64,000 nt of DNA, from positions 256,001 through 320,000 of the forward strand of contig CAWFKH010000001.1 in NCBI GenBank assembly GCA_963816355.1, written 5' to 3'. This DNA is from an uncultured Gemmatimonadales bacterium (GTDB lineage Bacteria > Gemmatimonadota > Gemmatimonadetes > Longimicrobiales > RSA9). Of this stretch, positions 27,846-37,764 are shown piece after piece (within the stretch, counting starts at the first letter, position 1; every line of letters starts with the position of its first letter). Below the pieces are notes generated by a model. It had not been told where the DNA came from. It worked only from the letters and a program-made list of their open reading frames with translations, and did not search any database. Both the position numbers and the translations under genes were made by a program.

Positions 27846-29132
27846 TCAGCGCTCGACGACCATGGCGAAGCCGAGGGCGCCGGCGGCGCAGACGGTGATG
27901 AGGCCGAGGTCGAGGCCGCGGCGGTTCATCTCGTTGAGGAGGGTGAGGGTGATGCGGCCGCCGGTGGCGCCGAAGGGGTGGCCGAGGGCGATGCTGCCGC
28001 CCATGACGTTGATGCGGTCCTCGTCGATGAGGCCGATGCGGCGCGATCGGCCGATGGAGCGGGCGAACTCGTCGGAGTCGAGCCACTGGAAGTTGGAGAG
28101 GACCTGAGCGGCGAACGCCTCGTGGAGCTCCCAGAGCTGGATGTCCTGCATGGAGAGGCCGGCGCGGTCGAGGGCGCGGGGCGCGGCGTAGGCGGGGCCC
28201 TGGAGGAGCTGATCGCGGGGCGAGAGGGCGGCGTAGGCCCAGCTCCGGATGAAGCCGAGGGGTTGAAGGCCGAGAGAGCGGGCCTTCTCCTCGCTGGCGA
28301 GGACGAGGGCGGAAGCCCCGTCCGTGAGGCCGGAGGAGTTGCCGGCGGTCACGGTGCCGTATCGCCGGTCGAAGACGGGTTTGAGGGCGGCGAGCTTCTC
28401 GAGGCTGGTGTCTTCGCGGATGCCGTTGTCGCGGGTGACGATGGTGTCGTAGTCGGGAGGCACGAAGACGGGCACGATTTCGGCGAGGAGGCGGCCGTCG
28501 CGGGTGCCTTCGGCGGCGAGCTGGTGGGAGCGCAGGGCCCAGCGGTCCTGGGCTTCGCGGGAGATGTGGTTCTCCTTGGCCATGCGCTCGGCGCTCTCGC
28601 CCATGGTCTCGCCGGTGGTCGGCTCGGCGATGGCGGGGGTGAGCGGGACCAGCTCCGAGGGGCGGAAGCCGGCGAAGGCACGGAGGCGCTGCGCGGCGGT
28701 GCGAGCGCGGGAGGCGGCGAGGAGGCGGTCGCGCAGCTTGCGACCGACGAGGATCGGGATGTCGGAGAGGGACTCTGCGCCACCGGCGACGACGAGGTCG
28801 GCCTGGCCGGCGATGATCTGCTCGGCGCCGGAAGTGATGGCCTGATTGGAGGAGGCGCAGGCGCGCGAGACGGTGAAGGAGGGGATGGAGGGTGGGAGTC
28901 CGGCGCCGAGGCTGACCTCGCGTGCGATGTTGGGGGCGGTGACGGCGTGGACGACGGTCCCGTAGATGAGCTGGTCGATCTCCTCGGGGCGGATGCCGGC
29001 GCGGTTGACGACCTCGCGCACGGCGACGATTCCGAGGTCGATGGCGGACATCTCCTTGAACAGGGTTCCCGCTCTGGCGAACGGGGTGCGGCACCCTGCG
29101 ACGATGGCGACGCGCGGTGCGTCCCGTGCCAT
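27846..29132 (-). CDS. fadI: Acetyl-CoA C-acyltransferase (FadI-type thiolase)
   Basis: RTPF, RACASS, GNSS.LTDGA, HEAFAAQ, GHPFGATG, CAAG. Confidence 0.9.
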   Translation of the reverse strand: MARDAPRVAIVAGCRTPFARAGTLFKEMSAIDLGIVAVREVVNRAGIRPEEIDQLIYGTVVHAVTAPNIAREVSLGAGLPPSIPSFTVSRACASSNQAITSGAEQIIAGQADLVVAGGAESLSDIPILVGRKLRDRLLAASRARTAAQRLRAFAGFRPSELVPLTPAIAEPTTGETMGESAERMAKENHISREAQDRWALRSHQLAAEGTRDGRLLAEIVPVFVPPDYDTIVTRDNGIREDTSLEKLAALKPVFDRRYGTVTAGNSSGLTDGASALVLASEEKARSLGLQPLGFIRSWAYAALSPRDQLLQGPAYAAPRALDRAGLSMQDIQLWELHEAFAAQVLSNFQWLDSDEFARSIGRSRRIGLIDEDRINVMGGSIALGHPFGATGGRITLTLLNEMNRRGLDLGLITVCAAGALGFAMVVER

Positions 29133-29247
29133 GCCTGCCTCCGGGGTGGTGGACGGCGGTGAAAGTGCGAGCCGCTGCGGTAGGTCGCAAGCGGCTCGAG
29201 GGCGTTCGGGGGGCGGTTGCGCCGGCGCGATCGCCGGCGGCCGCCGT

Positions 29248-29724
29248 TCAGGCGTCGGAGGTCACGGCGTCGCTGCGGGAGAGTCGGCCGAGCCCCTCCT
29301 GGAGGGCGTTCCAACCGAGGAGGGCGCACTTGACGCGGACGGGGAACTTGCTGACGCCGGCGAGTGCGCGGGCGGCGCCGAGGCGCTGGTCGGCGGCGGC
29401 GGCGGCGTCGCCGTGCATCATCTCGGTGAAGCGCCTCATGATGGCGAGCGCTTCCTGGGGGGTCATGCCCTTGACGAGGTCGGTCATCATGGAGACGGAT
29501 GCCTGCGAGATGGAGCAGCCTTCACCGGCGAAGCGGACCTCGGCGATGCGTCCGCCGGCCATGCTGAACTGGAGCCGGATCTCGTCGCCGCAGGTGGGAT
29601 TGCGCATGTGCACGTCGGCGTCCGGAGATGCGATCTCGCCCTTGTTGTGCGGCTTTCTGTAGTGGCTCAGGATGACCTCCTGGAAGAGCGAGCCGATCTG
29701 GGGGGTGGCGCCGCTGTTGGCCAT
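29248..29724 (-). CDS. sufU: SUF system SufU (NifU-like) protein
   Basis: NPTCGD, GCSISQAS, RVKCA with SufU-type insertion. Confidence 0.9.
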   Translation of the reverse strand: MANSGATPQIGSLFQEVILSHYRKPHNKGEIASPDADVHMRNPTCGDEIRLQFSMAGGRIAEVRFAGEGCSISQASVSMMTDLVKGMTPQEALAIMRRFTEMMHGDAAAAADQRLGAARALAGVSKFPVRVKCALLGWNALQEGLGRLSRSDAVTSDA

Positions 29725-29795
29725 GGCGGGATCTCCGGTTGGAGGGTCGAGGACGACGGGCACTGCGCACTGCGGGCTGTCTACAGGCTTCAATA

Positions 29796-31043
29796 TTACG
29801 TCGCGAACAGCCGTCGCGCGAGTTCCAGGCCGTCGACGAGCCGGTCGATCTCGTCGGTGGTGGAGTATACGAAGCAGGAGGCGCGGGCGGTGGCCGGCAC
29901 GCCGAGACGTCGCATGAGCGGCTGCGTGCAATGGTGGCCCGCGCGGATCGCGACGCCGACGGAATCGAGCACGGTGGCGAGGTCGTGCGGGTGGACTCCG
30001 TCGAGGGCGAAGGAGAAGACGGCGGTGCGCTCGGCGGCATCGCGGGGACCGAAGAGCCGCACGCCGTCGGTCTGCGTGAGGCGTTCGAGTCCGTGGCGGA
30101 CGAGCGCGGCCTCGTGCTCGCGTGCGGCGGGCCCGAGCGCATCGAGGAAGCGAATGGCAGCGGCCATGCCGACGGCGCCCGCGACGTTCGGCGTCCCCGC
30201 CTCGAACTTGTGCGGGATCGCGGCCCAGGTGGAGTGCTCGATGTCGACGTGATCGATCATCTCGCCGCCGCCCTGGTACGGCGGCATCGCCTCGAGCAGC
30301 TCCCGTCTCGCCCACAGCGCGCCGATTCCCATGGGGCCGCCGAGCTTGTGACCGGAGAGGGCGAAGAAGTCGCAGCCGAGCGCCTGCACGTCGAGGGGCA
30401 GGTGGGCCGCGGACTGCGCGCCGTCGATGAGCACGAGCGCCCCCGCCTCGTGGGCACGAGCGCAGATCTCGGCGACCGGGTTGAGCGTGCCGAGCGCGTT
30501 GGAGACGTGACCGACGGCGACGAGCCGTGTCCGCTCCGAGAGCAGCCGGTCGAAGTCGTCCATGCGGAGACGCCCCTCGTCGTCGATGCCGACCGCGCGG
30601 ATGCGGGCGCCGGTGCGCTCTGCCACGAGCTGCCATGGCACGAGGTTGGAGTGGTGCTCGAGCAAGGTGACGAGGATCTCGTCGCCAGGACGCAGGTTCT
30701 GCCAGCCCCACGTCATGGCGACGAGGTTGATCGCCTCCGTCGTGCCGCGCGTCCACACGATCGTCTCGGGCTCGGGCGCGTGGACGAAGGCGGCCACGGT
30801 GCGGCGTGCATCCTCGAAGCGCTCGGTCGCGCGGACCGAGAGCTCGTAGAGGCCGCGGTGCACGTTGGCGTTGTCGTGCCGGTAGAAGTTGGCGACGGCG
30901 TCGATCACCTCGCGAGGCCGCTGGGCGGTGGCGGCGCTGTCGAGATACGCGAGGGGGTGTCCGTTGGCCTCCTGCGCCAGGGCGGGGAAGGCGGCGCGGA
31001 CGGAGGCGATGTCGAAGGACGCTGCGGTCGTGGCCGTGGCCAT
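29796..31043 (-). CDS. sufS: Cysteine desulfurase SufS
   Basis: YLDSAAT, EHHSN, SGHK, RAGHHC. Confidence 0.95.
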   Translation of the reverse strand: MATATTAASFDIASVRAAFPALAQEANGHPLAYLDSAATAQRPREVIDAVANFYRHDNANVHRGLYELSVRATERFEDARRTVAAFVHAPEPETIVWTRGTTEAINLVAMTWGWQNLRPGDEILVTLLEHHSNLVPWQLVAERTGARIRAVGIDDEGRLRMDDFDRLLSERTRLVAVGHVSNALGTLNPVAEICARAHEAGALVLIDGAQSAAHLPLDVQALGCDFFALSGHKLGGPMGIGALWARRELLEAMPPYQGGGEMIDHVDIEHSTWAAIPHKFEAGTPNVAGAVGMAAAIRFLDALGPAAREHEAALVRHGLERLTQTDGVRLFGPRDAAERTAVFSFALDGVHPHDLATVLDSVGVAIRAGHHCTQPLMRRLGVPATARASCFVYSTTDEIDRLVDGLELARRLFAT

Positions 31044-31059
31044 GCTGCGATCTCCCGCC

Positions 31060-31368
31060 TCAGAGCGCGACGAGGATGTCGCCGCCGTCGAGGCGCACTT
31101 CGAAGGTCTTCACGGGCCGGATCGCCGGCAGGGCGCGGGCCCGGCCGGTGGTGACGTCGAAGCGTGCCCCGTGCCAGGCGCACTCGAGGAGCGGCCCCTC
31201 CAACTTCCCCTCGGAAAGCGGGAAGTCCTTGTGCGTGCAGTTGTTGCGTACGGCGTAGAACGTTCCCTCGACGTTGGCGAGGCAGATCCGTTCGCCACCC
31301 ACCTCGAGGCCGAGCAGGCAGCCCGGCGGAACGTCGCCCGCGGAGGCGACGCGAACGAATTCGGCCAT
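31060..31368 (-). CDS. Rieske-type ferredoxin
   Basis: CTH...CAWH motifs. Confidence 0.9.
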   Translation of the reverse strand: MAEFVRVASAGDVPPGCLLGLEVGGERICLANVEGTFYAVRNNCTHKDFPLSEGKLEGPLLECAWHGARFDVTTGRARALPAIRPVKTFEVRLDGGDILVAL

Positions 31369-32675
31369 CAAGCGATCCGCGACCCGATGATCTCCTTGAG
31401 CTCGGCCGTCACTTCCGGCAGCGGCAGCCGGTCGAGGACCTCGCCGAAGAATCCGAACACGACGAGGCGTTCCGCGGCCGTGCGCGTGAGTCCGCGCGTC
31501 ATGAGGTAGAAGATCTCCTCCTCGTCGAGCTGGCCGACGGTGGCGCCGTGCGAGCAACGCACGTCGTCGGCCTCGATCTCGAGATTCGGCAGCGAGTCGG
31601 CGCGCGCGTCCTCGGAGAGGAGCAGGTTCCGGTTCGTCTGATAGGCGTCGGTGCGCTGCGCGTTCGGGTGGACCTTGATGATGCCTCGGAAGATGCCGTG
31701 GGCGCGGTCGTAGAGGGCGCCCTTGTAGAGGAGGTCGCTGCTGGCGTTCGGCGCGACGTGGTCCTGCCGCGTGTTGTGGTCGAAGTGCTGCTCCTCGCGG
31801 CCGAAGTAGAGGCCGAGCATGTCGCTGCGCGCGCCCGGTCCCTCGAGCGAGGCCGCCATGTCGACCCGGGCGACCGAGGCGCCGAGGTTCACGACGAGCG
31901 TGTCGAGCGAGGCGTCGCGGCCGGCGATCGTGCGCTGCATGGACACGTGGCGGACGCCGCGACCCCAGCGCTGGATCGCGACGTGCTGCACCTGAGCGCC
32001 CTGGCGCGCGATCACCTCGACGGCGCCGCAGGAGAGCGCGGGCGCGTCGAAGTCCGGCGAAGCGAACTCCTCGACGAACGCGACGCGGCTCCCCTCGTCG
32101 GCGACGATCAGCGTGCGGGGGAAGACGGCGATGCCGTCACCGCTCAACCAGCGCACGATGCGGATCGGCCGATCGAGGTGGACGCCCGGCGGCACGTAGA
32201 GGAGCACGCCGGCGCTCCAGAGGGCGCCGTTCAGAGCGGCGAACTTGCCGGCCTCCGGCGGCACCGCCGTGCCGAGCGTGCTCTCGACGAGGTCGGCGTG
32301 CTCGGTGGCGGCGGCGGCGAGGTCGGCGAGCACGACGCCCTGCGCGGCGACGTCGCCCTCGAGCTCGAGCTCGACGATGCGCGCGTCGACCTGGTAGACG
32401 CGGCCGGCGACGCTCTTGCCGTCGAGCGCGGCGCGTGCCTGCGGCGGCAGCGCGGGGACGATGTCGACGTCCGCGGGTCGCACGGCGTCGAGGGCGAGGC
32501 GAGCGACGTCCGTGTAGCGCCACTCCTCGAGCGCGGTCGTGGGCAGCGGCGTGTCCTGGTAGACCTGCCACGCGTGGAGGCGCCGCTCGCGCAGCCAGGC
32601 TGGGCCCGAGGCGCCGAGCGCCTCGACCGCCTCGCGCTCGATCCCCTCCATGAACGTCGGAGAGACGCTAGCCAA
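31368..32675 (-). CDS. sufD: Fe-S cluster assembly protein SufD
   Basis: [28 protein letters not shown]. Confidence 0.92.
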   Translation of the reverse strand: MASVSPTFMEGIEREAVEALGASGPAWLRERRLHAWQVYQDTPLPTTALEEWRYTDVARLALDAVRPADVDIVPALPPQARAALDGKSVAGRVYQVDARIVELELEGDVAAQGVVLADLAAAATEHADLVESTLGTAVPPEAGKFAALNGALWSAGVLLYVPPGVHLDRPIRIVRWLSGDGIAVFPRTLIVADEGSRVAFVEEFASPDFDAPALSCGAVEVIARQGAQVQHVAIQRWGRGVRHVSMQRTIAGRDASLDTLVVNLGASVARVDMAASLEGPGARSDMLGLYFGREEQHFDHNTRQDHVAPNASSDLLYKGALYDRAHGIFRGIIKVHPNAQRTDAYQTNRNLLLSEDARADSLPNLEIEADDVRCSHGATVGQLDEEEIFYLMTRGLTRTAAERLVVFGFFGEVLDRLPLPEVTAELKEIIGSRIA

Positions 32676-34083
32676 CGCTGCCCTCCATCTCGAGCTCGAT
32701 GAGGCGGTTCAGCTCGACCGCGTACTCGAGCGGGAGCTGCTTCGCGATCGGCTCGATGAAGCCGCGCACGATCATGGCCGCCGCCTGCTCTTCGGACAGC
32801 CCGCGGCTCATCAGGTAGAAGAGCTGCTCCTCGCCGATGCGGGACACGGACGCCTCGTGGCCGACGCTGGCGCTGCGCTCCTCGATCTCGATGTAGGGGA
32901 AGGTGTCGGTGCGCGACGTGTCCGCCAGCAGCAGCGCGTCGCACTCCACGTTGGAGCGCGCCGAGACCGCGCCCTCGTACACCTTGCAGAGCCCCCGATA
33001 GGAGGCGCGGCCGGTCCCCTTCGAGATCGACTTGGAGATGATCTGCGAGGTCGTGTGCGGCGCCGCGTGCACCACCTTGCCCCCGGTGTCCTGGTGCTGG
33101 CCATCGCCCGCGTAGGCGATCGACAGGATCTCGCCGTGCGCGCCCTCGCCCACCAGGTAGCACGAGGGGTACTTCATCGTCAGCTTCGAGCCGAGATTGC
33201 CGTCGAGCCACTCCATGTGGCCGCCCTCGTGCACCATCGCCCGCTGCGTGACGAGGTTGTACATGTTGTTCGACCAGTTCTGGATCGTCACGTAGCGGAA
33301 GCGCGCGTTCGGCTTCACGATGATCTCGATGACGCCGGAGTGGAACGACTCGGTCGAATAGACCGGCGCCGTACACCCTTCGATGTACTGCGCGTTCGCG
33401 CCCTCCTCCACGATGATCAGCGTGCGCTCGAACTGCCCCATCCGCTCGGCGTTGACGCGGAAGTACGCCTGCAGCGGCGTGTCGACCTTGACGCCGGCCG
33501 GGATGTAGACGAACGATCCGCCCGACCACACCGCCGAGTTCAACGCGGCGAACTTGTTGTCGGCCGGCGGGATCACGGTCGCGAAATGCTCGCGGAAGAG
33601 CTCCGGATACTTGCGGAGGCCGTCCTCGATCGACTCGAAGATGATCCCCTTGTCCTCCCACTCCTTCTTCAGCGAGTGGTAGACCATCTCGGACTCGTAC
33701 TGCGCGCCCACGCCCGCCAGCACCTTCCGCTCCGCCTCCGGGATGCCGAGCTTCTCGAAGGTGTCCTTGATCTCCTGCGGCACGTCGTCCCAGGAACGAC
33801 CCATCCGCTCCTGCGGCCGGATGTAGTAGTAGATCTCGTCGAGCACGGCACCGAGCCGCGACAGATCGCCGCCCCACGTCGGCATCGGCTTCGCCCGGAA
33901 GATCTCCAGCGCCCGCAGCCGGAAGTCCAGCATCCACTCCGGCTCACCCTTGTTCTCCGAGATCTGCCGGACGATCGCCTCGTTCAGTCCCTTCTGCGCC
34001 TTGAAGACCGGCCGGTCCTGCGTCACAAAGCCGTACTTGTACTCCTCCAGGCCCAGATTCGATACGGTCTCGTTGTATGGCAT
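32668..34083 (-). CDS. sufB: Fe-S cluster assembly protein SufB
   Basis: WSGGSF, GQFERTL, EGCTAP, HEASVS, EYAVELN. Confidence 0.95.
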   Translation of the reverse strand: MPYNETVSNLGLEEYKYGFVTQDRPVFKAQKGLNEAIVRQISENKGEPEWMLDFRLRALEIFRAKPMPTWGGDLSRLGAVLDEIYYYIRPQERMGRSWDDVPQEIKDTFEKLGIPEAERKVLAGVGAQYESEMVYHSLKKEWEDKGIIFESIEDGLRKYPELFREHFATVIPPADNKFAALNSAVWSGGSFVYIPAGVKVDTPLQAYFRVNAERMGQFERTLIIVEEGANAQYIEGCTAPVYSTESFHSGVIEIIVKPNARFRYVTIQNWSNNMYNLVTQRAMVHEGGHMEWLDGNLGSKLTMKYPSCYLVGEGAHGEILSIAYAGDGQHQDTGGKVVHAAPHTTSQIISKSISKGTGRASYRGLCKVYEGAVSARSNVECDALLLADTSRTDTFPYIEIEERSASVGHEASVSRIGEEQLFYLMSRGLSEEQAAAMIVRGFIEPIAKQLPLEYAVELNRLIELEMEGSVG

Positions 34084-34092
34084 CGCTTCTCC

Positions 34093-34872
34093 TCAGCTCG
34101 TCGGAGCAGGCTCCGGCTCGTCCTTCCACATCTCGTACCCGTGCTCCTCCAGCTCTTCCGCAATCTCAAGCCCGCCGGATCGAACGATCCGACCGCCCGC
34201 CATCACGTGCACGTGGTCGGGATGGATGTAGTTCAGCAGCCGCTGATAGTGCGTGATCAGCAGCACGGTCATCTCCGGCTTCTCCTCCTTCAGCCGGTTC
34301 ACACCGCTCGCGACCACCCTCAACGCATCGATGTCCAGACCCGAATCCGTCTCGTCCAACACCGCCAGCACCGGCTCCAGCATCGCCATCTGCAAGATCT
34401 CGTTGCGCTTCTTCTCGCCCCCGCTGAATCCCTCGTTCACGTTCCGCTCCGCGAACGAACGGTCCACCTCCAGCAGCGCCATCCGCTCCAGCAGCATGTC
34501 CTGGAAATCGAAGATGTCCAGCTCCGCGTCCCCCATCTTCGACTGCACCGCCGTGCGCAGGAAGTTCGCGATCGATACTCCGGGGATCTCCATCGGATAC
34601 TGGAACGCCAGGAACACGCCCGCCCGCGCCCGCTCGTCCGGCTCCATCTCCAACAGGTTCTCGCCCTGGAACTCCACCGCGCCGTCCGTCACCTCGTACG
34701 CGGGATGACCGCTCAACACCTTCGCCAGCGTGCTCTTGCCCGAGCCGTTCGGACCCATGATCGCGTGGATCTCCCCGGATGGCAGCTCGAGATCCACACC
34801 GCGCAGAATCTCCGCGCCGCTCTCCGCAACCACCGCGTGGAGGTTCGTGATCTTCAGCAACGGCTCGCTCAT
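34093..34872 (-). CDS. sufC: Fe-S cluster assembly ATPase SufC
   Basis: [30 protein letters not shown]. Confidence 0.95.
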   Translation of the reverse strand: MSEPLLKITNLHAVVAESGAEILRGVDLELPSGEIHAIMGPNGSGKSTLAKVLSGHPAYEVTDGAVEFQGENLLEMEPDERARAGVFLAFQYPMEIPGVSIANFLRTAVQSKMGDAELDIFDFQDMLLERMALLEVDRSFAERNVNEGFSGGEKKRNEILQMAMLEPVLAVLDETDSGLDIDALRVVASGVNRLKEEKPEMTVLLITHYQRLLNYIHPDHVHVMAGGRIVRSGGLEIAEELEEHGYEMWKDEPEPAPTS

Positions 34873-34922
34873 GCGTGTCCCATCCTCCAGCGCGGCGCCG
34901 GCGCGGGGGCCGGGCCGTTTTC

Positions 34923-34976
34923 AAGAATGATTCTCGGTATCAAATGCAAGCTACCCGCCGCGCGGAAGGGTGTCAA
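34923..34976 (-). promoter_or_regulatory. suf promoter with Fur-like box
   Basis: TTGACA-N17-TAGCTT followed by GATACCGAGAATCATTCTT (14/19 to Fur consensus GATAATGATAATCATTATC) at 34923-34941. Confidence 0.65.
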
Positions 34977-35096
34977 GTGGAGATCGGAGCGGGTGGCGAG
35001 GCGGGGTGGGAGGGGGGGGATGTGGCTCGTGGGGATGGGGGTGCGGTAGAATGGGCGAGAGGGGTGGAACCGGACGGACGACGGCGAGGAGCGGGC

Positions 35097-35942
35097 ATGC
35101 GAGTGGTCGTGGTGCTGGGCGGGGGCGGAGTGAAGGGGCTGGCGCACGTGGGTGCGTGGCGGGCGATCGCGGAGGCGGGGCTGGAGGTGGAGGCGGTGGT
35201 GGGGACGAGCATCGGCGCGCTGGTGGGGGCGGCGATCGCCGGGGGGATGGAGCAGGCGGAGCTGGAGCGGCGGGCGTTGGGGCTGACGAAGTCGGACATC
35301 GTGGGGCTGAACCGGTGGGCTCTGCTGCTGAACGGGATCCGGCAGCAGAGCGTCTTTCAGGAGGAGCCGTTCCGGGGCTACATCGAGTCGGTCCTGCCGG
35401 TGGGAAGCTTCGAGGAGCTGTCGCTGCCGCTGGAGGTGAACGCGACGGACCTGGAGTCGGGGCGCGAGGAGTGGTTCGGGGCGCGCGGTCGAGGGGACGT
35501 GCCGCTGGCGGAGGCGGTGTACGCGTCCGGTGCGCTGCCGCTGTTCTATCCTCCGGCGCGGATCGGGGACCGTTATTACGTGGACGGCGGGGTGGCGGAC
35601 TCGCTTCCGGTGACGCGGGCGGCGGAGCGGGGGCCGGAGGCGATCGTGGCGATCGACGTGGGTGCGGGCGGCACGAAGGACTCGATGGACACGGTGTCGA
35701 AGGGGATGGTGGCGATCCATCACCGGGTGTACGACGTGATGAACTACGAGCGGAAGCGTCGGCTGCTGGGGGGGTGGCGGGGGGTGCCGTTGCTGTACGT
35801 GCGTCCGCGGCTGGACCGGTATTCGACGTTCGACTTCGAGCACGCGGCGCAGTTCGTGGAGGAGGGGTACCGGGAGACGGTCTCGGCGCTGGCGGAGCGG
35901 CCGACGCGGTCGTCGTCGGCGGTGCCGGCGTCGTGGGGGTAG
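35097..35942 (+). CDS. Patatin-like phospholipase (RssA-like)
   Basis: GGGG.KG.AH.G, GTSIG, DGG motifs. Confidence 0.92.
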   Translation: MRVVVVLGGGGVKGLAHVGAWRAIAEAGLEVEAVVGTSIGALVGAAIAGGMEQAELERRALGLTKSDIVGLNRWALLLNGIRQQSVFQEEPFRGYIESVLPVGSFEELSLPLEVNATDLESGREEWFGARGRGDVPLAEAVYASGALPLFYPPARIGDRYYVDGGVADSLPVTRAAERGPEAIVAIDVGAGGTKDSMDTVSKGMVAIHHRVYDVMNYERKRRLLGGWRGVPLLYVRPRLDRYSTFDFEHAAQFVEEGYRETVSALAERPTRSSSAVPASWG

Positions 35943-35958
35943 GCGGTGGTGGCGGCTC

Positions 35959-37650
35959 TCAGTCCGTTCCCGCTTGCCGCGCGATCGCCGTGACGACGCG
36001 ATCGATCGCCTCTCGCACGCGATAGGCGGGCAAGCCGGACCCGTTGGCGAGGATGCTGAAGACGATTTCGCGGTCGTCGCGGAGGAGGAAGCCGCTGAGC
36101 GCCGCGACGTTGGTGAGGGTGCCGGTCTTCGCGAAGAGGCTGCAGCGGAGCGGGAGGAGGCGGTGCTGCAGGGTGGAAAGGGACTCCGCGGGTGAGGCGA
36201 GGGCCTGCAGGTAGCGCTGTCCCCACGGTTGGAGCCGAACGTAGGTGAGCAGGCGCACGAGCGCTTCCGGGGTGACGAGGTTCTGGGTGGAGAGGCCGGA
36301 GCCGTCGTGGAGGTCGATGGCGAGCGAGTCGATGCCGACGTCGCCGGTGAGGAATGTGCGCATCACGCCGAGTCCACCGACCCAGCTTCCCTGTCCGGCC
36401 CGCTCGGCGCCGAGGGTCTTGAGGAGCTGCTCGGCCATCCAGTCCTGGCTGGGGCCGAGGAGTCCTTCCACGATGCTGTCGAGAGGAGGCGAGTGCCAGC
36501 GCGCGAGGACGCGCTCGCCGGGAGCGGCGAGGCGGGCGGCTTCGCGGCGGGAGCGCGCGACGCGAACGCCGCGCGGCACGGCGATGCCGCGGCGCTGGAG
36601 GGCCGCCGCGAGCGCGCGGCCCGCGTAGGCGGCGGGGTCGAGGACGGCGATGCGCTCGAAGGCGACGGCGGCGCCGACGTCGATGTCGCCGGTGAAGAGG
36701 AGCGTGTCGCCGGGCAGGCGCGTCACGCGCCACGCGCCGCTCCCCGCGCCGACGCGGGTGTGGAGCCGATTGACGATGGTGGCGACCGGCTCGGCGGCGG
36801 CGAAGCGGACGCGCGCGGGAGAGCCGGGGGCGGGTCCCGGCGCGATGGAGATGGGGATGGCGGCCTCGGACACGGCGAAGGCGCTGGCGGGGGCCGCGTA
36901 GTACCAGTCGAGGTCGCCGACCTCCCACGAGGGACGCACGGCCGCGCTGTCGAAGTAGGACGCATCGATCACGAGCGCGTCGCGCGCCCCCCGGATTCCC
37001 GCGGCGTAGAGCGAGTCCGCGATGGCGTCGAGGGGGGCGAGGCCATCGGCGTGGAATCGTGCCGAGAGCGTGGGGTCGCCGCTGCCGTGGACGACGAGGA
37101 AGTCCGGCACCGTGTCGCTTCCGCCGACGGCGGCGATGGCGGTGGCGTAGCGGAAGCCGGGGCCGAGGACGCCGATCGCGGCGGTGGTCGTGAGGAGCTT
37201 CTCGTTCGACGCCGGTATGAAGTGCTTGCGGGCGTCGATGTCGACCAGGATCGTGCCGGCCACTGGATCGTAGACCTGGATGCCCCACTGGGTGCGGTCG
37301 AGAGGTGGCGCGTCGACGATCTCGCGGATCGCGCGCTTCAGCGCCGCGGCGGAGATGCTGGAGAGCGGGCTTTCGCGCGTGGGCGCGTGGAAGCGCGGGA
37401 CGGCGCAGGCGGCGGGCGCCGGCTCGGCCGCTTCCGGGGTGGCGGCGGTGTCCGTGGGCACGCCGGCGGGCGCGGCGATCGTGTCGGCGGCCGGCGGCGC
37501 GGGGGTGGCCGTCGTGTCCGGCAAAGTCGCCGGCGAGGGGCCGGGCGCCGGCGTGGCCGGTGCGGGGGTGCAGCCGAGAACGGCTGCGAGCGCCGCGGCG
37601 AAGACAGCGGGGCGCTGGGTGGGGGCGCGGAGCGCGGCGTGGGCGGGCAT
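35959..37650 (-). CDS. dacB: D-alanyl-D-alanine carboxypeptidase/endopeptidase (PBP4, S13 family), lipoprotein
   Basis: PASNEK (SxxK), G.GDP, DGSGLS, AKTGT; lipobox VLGC. Confidence 0.88.
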   Translation of the reverse strand: MPAHAALRAPTQRPAVFAAALAAVLGCTPAPATPAPGPSPATLPDTTATPAPPAADTIAAPAGVPTDTAATPEAAEPAPAACAVPRFHAPTRESPLSSISAAALKRAIREIVDAPPLDRTQWGIQVYDPVAGTILVDIDARKHFIPASNEKLLTTTAAIGVLGPGFRYATAIAAVGGSDTVPDFLVVHGSGDPTLSARFHADGLAPLDAIADSLYAAGIRGARDALVIDASYFDSAAVRPSWEVGDLDWYYAAPASAFAVSEAAIPISIAPGPAPGSPARVRFAAAEPVATIVNRLHTRVGAGSGAWRVTRLPGDTLLFTGDIDVGAAVAFERIAVLDPAAYAGRALAAALQRRGIAVPRGVRVARSRREAARLAAPGERVLARWHSPPLDSIVEGLLGPSQDWMAEQLLKTLGAERAGQGSWVGGLGVMRTFLTGDVGIDSLAIDLHDGSGLSTQNLVTPEALVRLLTYVRLQPWGQRYLQALASPAESLSTLQHRLLPLRCSLFAKTGTLTNVAALSGFLLRDDREIVFSILANGSGLPAYRVREAIDRVVTAIARQAGTD

Positions 37651-37764
37651 ATGGTCCCGAAACGGTTCACGTGGCCCGGCCGTGGTCGGCGCGGGAGCGG
37701 TCCTTCCCGAAGAGGCTGCGGCGGACGTTGGACGGCGGCGCAGCGCGCGCGTAGCTTCGACCGC

